Assembly: GCA_973895155.1 (NCBI GenBank)
Contig: OZ316896.1
Coordinates: 6,774,132 to 6,838,131 of the forward strand
DNA from: Marsupella aquatica
Lineage: Eukaryota; Plantae; Marchantiophyta
Reading direction: 5' to 3'
Length of the DNA: 64,000 nucleotides
Shown: positions 37,336 through 48,959 of the stretch, one piece after another
Numbering within the stretch: position 1 is the first letter of the stretch
How the letters are laid out: each line of letters begins with the position of its first letter
Program-made: the position numbers and the translations under genes
The notes under the pieces: generated by a model
Seen by the model: the letters and a program-made list of their open reading frames with translations, nothing else
The model's database searches: none
Told to the model about the DNA's origin: nothing

Positions 37336-37606
37336 TTGAGGAGGTGTCCAAGTGATTAGTGTGCTCAAGATTGGGAAGATGGGCTGGCCATGGCTTTGTA
37401 GGCCCTCACATTGCTGTAGAGCAATAGTCAATGGTCCATGGGCAGCTCTTAGCCGTTGGACAACCTCAGGTTGAGGGGCTAACTCAGTAGGTGCAACCAG
37501 TAAGCTCTCATTGGCTTGTGTGGTAGCCAACTCCTCTTCATCTTCTTCAATCCAATTGTGCAATGAATGGTTGACATAGGAGACTGTATGCACCTCTTGC
37601 AACACA

Positions 37607-38476
37607 CAGTAGTGAGCACTAGGGATATGCTCTTAAACGCCTACTTCGACCTTGCGATTAATGGCCATTTAACTACCTTCTCCTCAGTAATCTCATTTAA
37701 ACGATTAACCGACCTTCGAGAGGCGGCACTCCGTCTATCTCGACACAGTCCCCGTAAGTGAATCCGACCAAGTGCTCTTGAATGTCGAGTTCCATCTTCC
37801 ACTTCTTAGGCACTTCAGCCTCGGCCAACACTAACCCCTCTCTATACACAATCTCAATGAACCCACACCACTCGCGGTAAGTCATCAAGCAAATCGGAAT
37901 GTTCTCGTATAGTAACTGACGGGAAATAAGATGGGTGCTGATAGAACAGATCCACAGTTCCAGTGATCTTAAGGTAATCAAGGAGCAAGACTTGTCGTCA
38001 CTGCTGTCTGCGTTCATGGTTTTTAGTAGCCGTGACCTGATTAAGTCCGACTGTCCTTTGAATCAGCCTGCCTGGCAATTGATTTCCGGATTGTGTGGGT
38101 GACTATGACAGGGTTACCCTAAGCAAGTACCCCAGTATCACGTTTACCCTTGTATGATGGAGGTGTATGACGACCAGTGTATCACCTTCAAAACACACTA
38201 TCTCCAACCAGACACCGCTTCTCACTAGCTGTCTGTTCAACCTATACCTTGAGGCGCTGGCCCGTAAGGTTCTGGTTTGCAATGAGACATATTCATTCAT
38301 CGTTGCGATTAACGAGTAACGACTTGCTGCATAAGGCAAATTCCTTCTCTCTCTCTCTCTCTCTCTGATTTGACGGTCTCATTCACTGCTCAAGTGCGTA
38401 CTTCACTCTGTTGCATTCATTCCAAACTCTCTCTTTATACTCAAAGACTACTCAACTGAGTAGGGACACTATTACA
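37607..38476. repeat. Possible LTR (limits uncertain)
   Basis: Abruptly truncates the DNMT ORF; ends ...cactattaCA; contains a (CT)n run; no partner LTR, PPT or TSD found. Confidence 0.3.
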
Positions 38477-38764
38477 AAATTGCTGGCATTCCTAAGGTGA
38501 GCGGAGCTCTACCTTGCCCCAGACTTCTAGCAAAAAGTGACAGAGCGCCTATCGCTCCACAGCCTCTAAATACCTATTCCTCCTGTCCGTCTCTGCCCGA
38601 GGCCTCTACTACTTCTTGGGATGCGCTGATTACAGTTGGACGACTCGCGCCTCCTCTTTGATCTCCTTCGCTCGTTCATCAAGAACGCTAACTAATGCCT
38701 ACCAGAACGATGAGTGGAAGCCAAGATCTGCTGATTACTATGTCAAGAAGTTCTGTCTTCCTGG

Positions 38765-40733
38765 TTACTGAACTGTGCAACGGCCTCCTCGATTCCCTTC
38801 GGTTGCGCCTGATCCGGAAGCTTCCGGACTCCCGATTGTTAATCTTGCCATATGTGCCTTGACCTCCTGACTTCTGTCATCTTCCTTGGGGTTGCTCGGT
38901 TCGCCGGCCACGATTACTTGTTTGGCGGTGATTAATCGCCACGTAATCCGCTGATCGTGGCTGTTATCCCGTCTTAGCAGCAGATTCCATTTCTTCCGCA
39001 TGACCTTTCTACAGAGTTCTTCGATGGCCTCGCCGGTGGTGAATCGTTGGCGGAACTCTTCGCCCTTCATTCCGAACAATTGTTGCCCCGCCGCATCCCA
39101 TGCACGACAGCTTCCTTCTTTGATCCGAATAGTGAACATGAACATAGGCACTCCTTCTCCTAGCGACTTACGTAATGGTAATGGTAATGGTAATGTATTA
39201 TAAGCTCCGGGACCATGAAAGTCAAAGGAGCTGCCACAAAAAGTAAAGTACAATGCAATCAAAGAAAAGAGCAACCAAAAGAGATTGCTCAGAAGAGGAC
39301 AACTATGTCCTCAAAGAAACTATGGACCTAGAGAGCCCTGAAAGATTTTCCAAACCTATTCTCCTTTCCCTATCCATCGCAAAGATATATCTTCCAAGTT
39401 GCTGAGGGGGCAGACCAAACAATGCATACAAATCTTTCACCAAGATTTGAGATGCCATCCTAACCCCCTCATAAAACTTGCAAGCAATGAATACATGATA
39501 TTCATTCTCTATACTAGAGCTATCACATAACTGACAAACCCTCTTTTTCCTGTCAATATCCTTCCATCTCCCTTGTTCTACTTCAAGGTGGTGTGAGCTT
39601 AGTCTATACTGAGCAATAAGTTGTCTAAGTTGTACTGAGATAGTGCTAGATAAGTATTCTTGTTCTCGATATTTCTTCATGGGGTTCACATCTCTCATGT
39701 AGTATTGCTGCCGTGGGCTAGGTTCATGCCAAAGTTTGTGCAAAGCCTTTTGCTCAAGTTTTGCTCTTAGCTTGGTTGGGTGTGTTGGCCATTCATGTTC
39801 AGGAAAATCCCAAGCATGGGCCCACCTGCACACATCTGCATACCACCCTTTAGCTGAAGATGAGCGCAAGGCATGAAAAGGAAATCTGTTTTCCTCCAAC
39901 TCTCTTACACGCATGATGTATTTGAGTGTGTGGAAGAGGGCCTCCACCTCCAAAGGAAACAAGCCTGCCTCTGCAAGTGTAAGTGCATATGGGGTTTGTG
40001 ACTTGATCCCAAGCTCCATCTCAAGAAATAGCTTTTGCAGCCCCTCAATCTGTTGCCACCCAGATTTAGACACACCTGCTCCCCAAATTGGTGCTCCATA
40101 AAGAATGACTGGTTTCACCAAAGCTCCAAAGAGATGTTTCCTTAACCTCCAAGTGTGTAGACCAGCTCTTTTGCATTTGTTCATGAATGCATAAAAAGCT
40201 CTGTACCCATTGGCAGCCCTAGATTTTACACATGAGGCCCAACTCAAGTTTTGAGAGAACTCCACCCCAAGGTATTTGTAGGTCCTCACAAATTCCACCA
40301 GATTCCCTTGGAAGTAGAGCTCTGGATTTTGTCGTGTGCCAATGCCCAAACACTTGGTCTTCTTGAGGTTGACTACCATCCCTGTTGCTTGACAAAACTC
40401 CTCCAAGGCATTGAGATGTCTTTGCAAAGCTTCTTGAGCATGAGCAAGTAGGACCACATCATCTGCAAATATAAGAAGTTGGAGGACAAACCTACCCAAT
40501 TGAGTGCCAACTCCACCATGCTCCTCCAAACTTACACTCATGAGCTAACCGATTCCTGCTAACGGGGGTTCCTATATTCGCCCCCCTTGCCTTCTCTGTC
40601 GAGCTCTTGTGCCTAAGGCACATACTCTGCCATCTGCTAGTAGGCCATCGCAGCCTTCATAGCAGAACTCGACTCCTACACGACCGTTAATCGAGATGAT
40701 CGTCGCCTCTCCTACTTCCAGGCTTTCTGTCAT
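38765..40733 (-). pseudogene. RPA1 C-terminal OB-fold-like ORF split by a LINE
   Basis: Removing 39172-40535 gives MTESLEVGEATIISINGRVGVEFCYEGCDGLLADGRVC...(frameshift)...HECKSLGEGVPMFMFTIRIKEGSCRAWDAAGQQLFGMKGEEF...KKWNLLLR. Confidence 0.55.
39172..40530 (-). mobile_element. 5'-truncated LINE family A, second copy (ORF 39303-40530)
   Basis: Near-identical to 16189-17541; (gtaatg)n tail; TSD (a)cttac at 39166-39171 and 40530-40535; no telomeric cap. Confidence 0.95.
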
Positions 40734-40937
40734 CTCCACAAAATGAATAACCGCTGGTCCTTGCTTACTACTTGCTAAATACTCTTGGTTGACCTCTAGT
40801 TGACACTTCTAAACCTAAAGAAAAACTATAATATTGCCGGTGTAATTTTTATCGTTTACATTCTCCTTTGCTTACCTACGGATTCGTCCTCGATATCCGT
40901 TATGCTTGGTATACGTTGGGGACAAGTCGTCACCGGT

Positions 40938-43900
40938 CTACTTCACTCCCCTACCCTCGCTAACATTGGTCGTCCTGGTTGGAGTTATCGGAACTCTACT
41001 CTGTGCCTTCAGCTTCCTCACTTCGGATTTTAAATCCAAAATTGATCGTTCCTTATCTTCCAGTTCTTGCGAAAGCTGATCGTTCTCTGTCCTCAACTGC
41101 TCGAGTTCCTTGGTCTGTTCAGTGATACTCTCCTCTCCAGTGCCCTGTAGCTTCACAATGGCTTCTAACTCAACAATTTTCCGCTTATAGTCGTCTTCTG
41201 TGATTCTCCAACTCTCCGATACTTCATAGTGTTTTCGTCCGAGCTTCCCCAGTTGCTCCTCCAGTAGGGCTTGTTTGTTCAGATCCTACGTGGGGTCCCC
41301 TTTGACTGCAGTGGTTTGCTGGAGTTGGGTTTCCAGACCCTGGAGCTTTTTCTTCAATTCCTCCACCCTCTGGCGTTCCACTGCCCATTCACCGGCTATT
41401 CTGTGTTTGCTGCTTCATCCTTGAGTTGCGATTGCAATTCTTCTATTTCCTTGAGTTTCTCGTTATCCTCCCTTAGCTGTGAATTGATCTTTTGGCTATC
41501 TGCTTTGACTGTGGCTATGGCTGCTCCGATGGCCGTGACAACCTCCTGGTAATTTGTCGTTAGTCCCCCTGGACGTAACCCTTCTATTCCTAGGTAATCA
41601 GCCAATTCCTGCGTGGCTGCCTCCTCATGCCTCCAGCCTCTTCCTATGGTTGTCAGTCGATCCTTATCTGCTATTAGCTCTTTGTTACGATTTAGTAACT
41701 CCTTGATGGTCTCCTCGGCCTCCACTGCCCATTTATCTGCCTCCTCCTTCCCGGCTAAGTCCTCGGCGATTTCTTCTTCTCGCTTGTTCCACTCCAAGTG
41801 TACTAGCGAACTCGTTATTCCCTGATAAATGGCTAATTGACTGGCGATTTGTCCGATCATGACTATAAAGATGCTATCTTTTTGCACTGTGCTGATCTTC
41901 TCTTTCAATACTTCGATCCCCAGCTTCTCCCGTAATTGTTGTTCATCACCTTCTTTTACGGTTGAGAGGGCGTACTTGAGGTCGTCGTCATCAATGGGCG
42001 CTGTCCTATAAGCCTTGGTTTCTGCTCGCATTTTGTCTTCCTCCGCTGGTTCCTGACCCTGTGATTCTGACTCCTTCTTGGTTGGTGTTGGATTGGTTTC
42101 TTTCCTCCTGGTGGTGCGCACTGGTGATGCGTCCCCCTCTTGCTCTTTGTTGGCTGCTTCCTCTTCTGGCAGGGTGCCCTCCTGCTTCTTGGCTCCCTCA
42201 CTCCTCGTTGGTTGGTAAATGGTAGCTGCTGATTCCGTTTTTCCCCCGTCTTCCCCTGTAAGCTGACTCTTGATTAGCACTTGGAGATGCGACTCGATCT
42301 CTACTGGCAGGTTGCTTTTACTGCTGATTAATCGTTTAGCTCGCTTGATGGCTGCCTGGAACCCTTCGTGGAAAAAGGCGGACCAATCCTTTTGCTTCCC
42401 GTCTCCCTCCTCTACAATTTTAATCATAAATCGAGGATATTCTGATCTGGGCCTCTTCCAATGTAATGCATGGGTTACAAATTCGAGCCTTTCCTTGATT
42501 TTCTCATTCGTGCAATGCTTGGTTGGATAGCTCCTATTGTCGTCTACGTCCTTGTGTTGTGGAAATGTGGCAGGTTGCCAAGTTTTCCCCATCCGTTTCT
42601 TGATCTCCGCTCCTTGCTTTGGCAATTTGAAAAGCTCCTGAAGCTTCCGAGGATTCGTCTTAATGACTTGGCCCCTACATATTCCCTGATTTTCGGTGGG
42701 TTTCCACGTGGTGATGGACTCGCTGTAGTCCTCTGCTTGTAGCTTCGTGGTTTGATTCCACTTTAGTTTCACGAATTTCTCCAATCCTTGTGTCTGTAGA
42801 AATTTCCTGTGTGCTTGTCCGCGCATAGTTTGCAATATCTGTGGCCCCATTCTCTCAAATTTCAAAACATGACTTGTTTCCCCTGGACTCGCCTTTGCGG
42901 CGCGCGTCACCTTCCCGGTCCTACTTTTTGCTTCTTCTACTGGTTCTTCTTCTTCCTCACTGTCGGATTCTTCCGGTTCTTCCTCCTTGTATTCGACTAT
43001 TTTGCTCTTTCCCCTTACGGATCGCACCTCCCTCATCGTTGGCGGCTCAAGTTTAATCGTTTTGGCTGTCCCCTTGCGGTTCCTCTTGGTCCTAGAAGGA
43101 GTCGTTTCCTCAATTATTGATGTGGTGACCGCCGTGATCGCTTCCGTGGGATCCGGGTTGGCTAACAATTCTGCCATGGTCAGCTTCCGTCTCCCTTCTC
43201 GTTGAAGTTTGTTCAGCTGGTTTCCCTGTTGTGCTTCTGTCTGCTCGGCCGCTTGCTCACGCTTCCTCGGTTTATCGTCCTCAAACTCGTTTGATCGTTT
43301 CAGCTTCAAGGTCTTCATGCCCACCGGTAATGTGTAATGCCTATTACTGACCCTCGACCATTCGAATTTCACCTCACGCTGATAGCCACTCCACTCGGGG
43401 TTCTCTCGTAATCTCCTTGCCAGTCGGAAATAGGGTTTTTGGTTTAACAGTTCTTTTGCGGATGATGGTGTTCGCCCTTTGGATTCTAGTGTATCCTGAA
43501 CTTCTAGTATAACATGTAATTTTCCTGTGGAGTAGTCCTCAATACAGGGTATCGAGTTGGGTCCTATCAAAATCCGATCTGCAATCCATGTGGAAAAGGG
43601 TCCGTGTGTACATCCTACGATTACTACTCTATAAGGAAACCTTCTCCTCCTCTCTTCCTGGCCTTTGGGTAATTTGTGCTTCCAATCGTGGATCTGAAAG
43701 ATTTCAGATAGGTCCTCCTCCGCTAGAACCACTGACTTGATTTGACCTGATTCCGTTGGTTCGTTTGATGGAATGGTTCCGTTCACGTAATCCTCTAACG
43801 GGTACCCCTTGATCGTTAGTTCTCGTCCTTGTTCATTGGTGCTTTCTTCTCGTCGTAGTGTGTCACGTGTGGTGGTCGCGACTAGCTTCTTTGCGTGTGC

Positions 43901-44420
43901 TAAGGGTCGTTCCTTATTCTTGGCGGTGAGTGCCCCTCCGGTGGCTTCCGTAGATGCTTGATGGGGGGTCACGCCGATACAGGCTACCATTTTAATGGGT
44001 AGCTCGTACCCTTCTCCATCCACTTGATTCTCGTTAGGTGGTGCTGTCGGCAGTTGATAGCTGTCGTCGTCCTCGTTGAGCGCCGGTACCGTATCGGAGT
44101 CGTTGCCGACTTTGCTTTCCCCTGGGTAGTCGTTAACCGTATCCTCTACTTCTCGTAAGTACACGTCGTTCCTTACGTGGTACGACTTCATCTTATTCCC
44201 GTTCACCCGTTGTTGCTCGCTCCCATCCTGGCTGGTAATTTGGAAGGTTCCATTTCCCCACGCCTTGAGGACGGTAAAGGGTCCTTCCCATTTAAGTCTC
44301 AACTTTCCTTTTTTATTCGTGCCCGCTTTCGGCACCACAGTACTAATTCCCCTTCCGTGAACATGGTTACCTCCCATTGATCGTCTATTCGTCGCTTGCG
44401 TTGTCCTTGTACATACTCTA
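40938..44420 (-). CDS. Integrase C-terminal GPY/F-SH3 region running into ~1000 aa of extra sequence (Athila-ORF-like domain + coiled coil; continues past stops to ~40938)
   Basis: KLRLKWEGPFTV...RVNGNKMKSY, then GLEKFVKLKW...CRGQVIKTNPRKLQELFKLP...DWSAFF and heptad repeats. Confidence 0.7.
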
Positions 44421-44421
44421 A

Positions 44422-45423
44422 TCATTCTTCGGCCCTTCTCCGGGTTTGGGTAACCTCCAATAGTGCTTTTAACCATCTAGTTAAACACGGGTTCTGATTT
44501 ATGTCGTATCTCGCTGCGATTTGCAAACTAGGTAATTCGTAGTCTGTCGGCATACGGGCCTCAACTCCAAACATTAATTGAAAAGGGGTGTGGCCCGTGG
44601 TTACCTTATATGCCGTGCGGAATGCCCATACTGCCGCCGGCAGCTGAACGTCCCAATCGTTTTGCTGTTCGTTAACCACTTTCCGTAAAACGTTGAGTAA
44701 GACTTTGTTTGTTGACTCCGCTTGCCCGTTACACTGAGGGTAATAGGGAGTCGAAAACCGATGGCTTATATGGTAATAATCCGTCAATTCCTGGATAACC
44801 TTGTTCAGAAAATGTGAACCTTGATCGCTCACTAGCTCACCTGGTAATCCGTATCTCGTGATGATGTTCTGGTACAAGAACTTGGCTGTTACTCGGGCAG
44901 TGTTCTCCCGAGTTGCGACTGCTTCCACCCATTTTGTGGTATACTCTGTTGCTGCTAAAATATACTGGTTCTGACTATATCTGGAAGATGGAGTGATGGG
45001 TCCTGTGAAATCTAGTCCCCATTTCTGAAAAATATAAGGGGCAATTATGGGCCTGAACTCCATGTTTTCCTTTATAGGTCCTGTACGCTGACACAGGTCG
45101 CACGTTGTTACAAACTCCCGAGTGTCTTTATGGAGAGTTGCCCACCAACGTCCTTGCTGAAGAATCTTCCTCAGGGTGATCTCGGTGCCGAAATGTCCCC
45201 CTCCTAGTCCTTCATGTGCCGCGATTAAGGCTTCTGGCCGTTCTTCCTCCGGAACTACTCTACGTAGTATGTCATCGGGCCCCTGGTAATAAAGCACGTG
45301 GTTGATCAAGGTGTAGGGTCTTGCCTTATAGGCGTAGACCTTCCTTTCCTTACTGGACAACCCCTCGGGGAATACCGCCATGCGTAAATACCTTTCTAAT
45401 GCTGGTTCGTCATCCAAGGTCAC
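44422..45423 (-). CDS. Gypsy integrase (HHCC + catalytic core)
   Basis: AHEGLGGGHFG...CDLCQR, KWGLDFTGP, TKWVEA, LVSDQGSHF, YYPQCNGQAESTNK, TGHTPFQL. Confidence 0.95.
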   Translation of the reverse strand: MTLDDEPALERYLRMAVFPEGLSSKERKVYAYKARPYTLINHVLYYQGPDDILRRVVPEEERPEALIAAHEGLGGGHFGTEITLRKILQQGRWWATLHKDTREFVTTCDLCQRTGPIKENMEFRPIIAPYIFQKWGLDFTGPITPSSRYSQNQYILAATEYTTKWVEAVATRENTARVTAKFLYQNIITRYGLPGELVSDQGSHFLNKVIQELTDYYHISHRFSTPYYPQCNGQAESTNKVLLNVLRKVVNEQQNDWDVQLPAAVWAFRTAYKVTTGHTPFQLMFGVEARMPTDYELPSLQIAARYDINQNPCLTRWLKALLEVTQTRRRAEE

Positions 45424-45428
45424 TAGAT

Positions 45429-45739
45429 TTACAGGATGCCCTTGGCGTCTTGAAATAGCTCCATATCCGGTAATTGATCGTCTTCTTCCTTGCCTGTCTC
45501 TCCTGATTCGAGTCTACTCAAATAATCGGGTATGACATGGGTTTTCCCGGGTTTATAAATGATGGTGTAATCTAACTCAGCTAATAACAAAATCCATCTT
45601 GCAATTCGGCCCGACAGCTGTGGTTTGTTTACTAAGTTGACCAAGGCATTATGATCTACATAGAATATGAATCGATTCCCAAGTAAATAATGCCTAAATT
45701 TCTTTACTGCAAATATCATGGCTAATGCTTCCCTCTCAG
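45429..45739 (-). pseudogene. RNase H C-terminal half
   Basis: EREALAMIFAVKKFRHYLLG...DHNAL...GRIARWILLL...PDYLSR. Confidence 0.92.
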
Positions 45740-45924
45740 GAGCCAGATTGGAAGAGGGAGTTCCATCTACATACAGATGCTTCTCTGGTGGCGGTGGGAG
45801 CAGTGTTAGCACAGAAGGGAGAACAAGGTATCGATTTACCAGTATACTATGCCAGTAGACTGTTAAACGTGCATGAAAGGAACTACACCACGACTGAGAG
45901 GGAAGCATTAGCCATGATATTTGC
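45740..45924 (+). pseudogene. RNase H N-terminal half, inverted
   Basis: PDWKREFHLHTDASLVAVGAVLAQ...YYASRLLNVHERNYTTTEREALAMIFA on + strand. Confidence 0.9.
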
Positions 45925-47027
45925 GAGGAAGAAGAAGAACCAGTAGAAGAAGCAAAAAGTAGGACCGGGAAGGTGACGCGCGCCGCAAAGGCGAGTCCAG
46001 GGGAAACAAGTCATGTTTTGAAATTTGAGAGAATGGGGCCACAGATATTGCAAACTATGCGCGGACAAGCACACAGGAAATTTCTACAGACACAAGGATT
46101 GGAGAAATTCGTGAAACTAAAGTGGAATCAAACCACGAAGCTACAAGCAGAGGACTACAGCGAGTTCATCACCACGTGGAAACCCACCGAAAATCAGGGA
46201 ATATGTAGGGGCCAAGTCATTAAGATGAATCCTCGGAAGCTTCAGGAGCTTTTCAAATTGCCAAAGCAAGGAGCGGAGATCAAGAAACGGATGGGGAAAA
46301 CTTGGCAACCTGCCACATTTCCACAACACAAGGACGTAGACGACAACAGGGGCTATCCGACCAAGCATTGCACGAATGAGAAAATCAAGGAAAGGCTCGA
46401 ATTTGTAACCCATGCATTACATTGGAAGAGGCCCAGATCAGAATATCCTCGATTTATGATTAAAATTGTAGAGGAGGGAGACGGGAAGCAAAAGGATTGG
46501 TCCGCCTTTTTCCACGAAGGGTTCCAGGCAGCCATCAAGCGAGCTAAACGATTAATCAGCAATAAAAGCAACCTGCCAGCAGAGATCGAGTCGCATCTCC
46601 AAGTGCTAATCGAGAGTCAGCTTACAGGGGAAGACGGGGGAAAAACGGAATCAGCAGCTACCATTTACCAACCAACGAGGAGTGAGGGAGCCAAGAAGCA
46701 GGAGGGCACCCTGCCAGAAGAGGAAGCAGCCAACAAAGAGCAAGAGGGGGACGCATCACCAGTGCGCACCACCAGGAGGAAAGAAACCAATCCAACACCG
46801 ACCAAGAAGGAGTCAGAATCACAGGGTCAGGAACCAGCGGAGGAAGACAAAATGCGAGCAGAAACCAAGGCTTATAGGACAGCGCCCATTGATGACGACG
46901 ACCTCAAGTACGCCCTCTCAACCGTAAAAGAAGGTGATGAACAACAATTACGGGAGAAGCTGGGGATCGAAGTATTGAAAGAGAAGATCAGCACAGTGCA
47001 AAAAGATAGCATCTTTATAGTCATGAT
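45925..47027 (+). repeat. Inverted duplicate of 41856-42958
   Basis: ORF 45973-47064 matches the 1026-aa ORF with about six amino-acid differences. Confidence 0.95.
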
Positions 47028-48870
47028 TGTAGTTTGCCATAGAGAACCAAAAATCACATTTTAAAGTCTCCAAACTCGGTATTCGTTCCCTTTAAGAACA
47101 AGATGGGGTTGGTTTGATGTAATAAACTAAAAACAAAGCTTTAAGCTCTTGTGTCACACATAGTAATCAATCTTGACTACTTTAATCAGGTACTTTGAAG
47201 ATCGCTCCACAGCGGTGAGTAGTTTTTGATGATAACTCAACATCAGATAACCTTCAATTAAGCAAAAGATTGCAATTAACAAAACACAAGGAAAAATCTC
47301 TCAGAGTATGCTTAAGGGAGTCTGGAATAGACCAAGGTTACTCCTTAGACATAAGTAATAATGGAATGACTTTAAAGGAATCCAAATCCACACGGCTTTT
47401 CAGATCTAAACTGCATACTAGAGTATCCTTTTAAAATGCTGGCAACATGTCTTGACCTTTCTTCCTAAGTGATACTTAGTCAAGATCTAAAAGGATAAAT
47501 ACTTCAGCATTTAGATGGTACTAAGCAACATGAAGGTGAAAACATCATTTCCAATGCAACTTAAACTCAATGAGTTAACTCTAAGAACTTGTGAGATTAC
47601 AATGTGTCACCAAAGCGGAATCTGACATTATAATTCACGAGATTCATAACTGAGGTTTTACTTCAAGTATTTGGGTTCCAAAATACAAGAAGGAGGTAAG
47701 TCTCTCCAAATGTTAAACCTGATCTCGAACTCATAGATTCATGATCAACTAGTTTAACACAAGGGAGAGGCAAAACTGCAAAACTTAACCATCTCTCTAC
47801 ACTAGGGGAAGAGGTATAAATAGTGATGAACTACAGAATAAGAGGTCACAGGGTCGAAGAGACATGCCTCTTCATACCCCTCAAAATTTTAAAATGGCGA
47901 TTCAGTAAGTGAAAAGCCGGAAAAATGGCTAAGTATGAACTCTTAAACTCTTAAAAACTTAAACTCTTAAAAACGTAAAAACTTAAACTCTTAAACTCTT
48001 AATTTCGGTATACTAAAAATTGAGTAGATTCAACTATTTTTAACTTTCTACTCCTGGTTCGGAAAACTCTGAAATTTTTCCAGTAGGGTTTCCTAGGTAC
48101 AGACTACAGCCTAAAGAAGTATGACAGCTTCTAAAGCTCTACAACACATTTAGAAAAATTGGTAAAAGTACTATACTTTTCAATACTAGCTAAAAAGATA
48201 GTCTCCTTCAAGCTTGTTGTCGAATATCATCGGGTTCGAGCAGCTCCACGTAGGTGACAGTCCGATTCTGTGTTACCTCCATCAGCTCAGTCTGACGTGG
48301 TGATCCTCGAGAGTAGGGTAGGCACCTTAGTTGTCTCTCAGGATACATCAAAGGCATTCGCTTCATCAAATAACAGGAATCTATACGAAGAGCTTCTCTG
48401 TATATCCCTAGTACATCATAGTTGTTGCAGGTGGCAGCATACACTTGAGGATAGTGATGCAGAAACTCATCACTATTCATCATCCTGGAATAGAAGGGTC
48501 GAAGTCTCCATTTGACATCTCTGAAATACCGGTTGAAGCTGGGCAGAGTTTGAGAGGTAAGGTGGAAGAGAAGTCAGTAATGAGCGCCTATGTCTTGCAT
48601 TCCTTCCCTTTCAAGGTGAGCTCTTCATCCGTTGTGGAGTCCCGTTGAACTAGTTGTAAGATGTCACGATCACAGAGTCGCCAAATCTTAAGGTGTAACT
48701 CGTAAAGCAGTGAACTAGTAAACTCGTAAACTGAGTTTACTCGTAACTTAGGAACTTAGTAACTTTGAATGCTGTTTTAGTTACAGTTAGCAATAATTGC
48801 AGTCTAAACACCGTAAAAAATTTAAAAATTTTCAGTTTCTTCATGCTTTTGGAATTACCCACTACTTACA
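47028..48870 (-). repeat. LTR 1 (1843 bp, TGTA...TACA)
   Basis: Left edge cuts the inverted duplicate; right edge abuts PPT. Confidence 0.88.
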
Positions 48871-48873
48871 TAG

Positions 48874-48883
48874 CCCTCTCCTC
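48874..48883 (-). other. Polypurine tract GAGGAGAGGG (also 53941, 59008)
   Basis: 3 nt from the LTR start TGTAAG on the - strand. Confidence 0.8.
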
Positions 48884-48959
48884 AAGCGGCGCCGTGCCCT
48901 CACAAGCCTTTCTGAAGTCTTCCACCAGAACTAAATCGCCTTTGAAATGCACATTGGTT

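Larger units (their letters stand above)
34440..37606 (-). mobile_element. Decayed Ty3/gypsy pol fragment with order DNMT - RT - RNase H; both ends truncated
   Basis: Contiguous same-strand ORF pieces 37273-37605, 36235-37266, 35687-36238, 35223-35816, 34298-35395 linked by one stop and frameshifts. Confidence 0.9.
38477..45739 (-). mobile_element. Ty3/gypsy (Athila/Tat-like non-chromovirus) internal region: RNase H, integrase, long extra ORF, RPA-like ORF
   Basis: Collinear minus-strand ORFs with RH then INT order. Confidence 0.85.

Noticed and set aside
38341-38366. (CT)n microsatellite
   Set aside because: Common simple repeat
39172-39274. Hydrophobic N-terminus of ORF 38765-39274 resembling a signal peptide
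   Set aside because: It is the LINE 3' UTR and tail read in frame by chance
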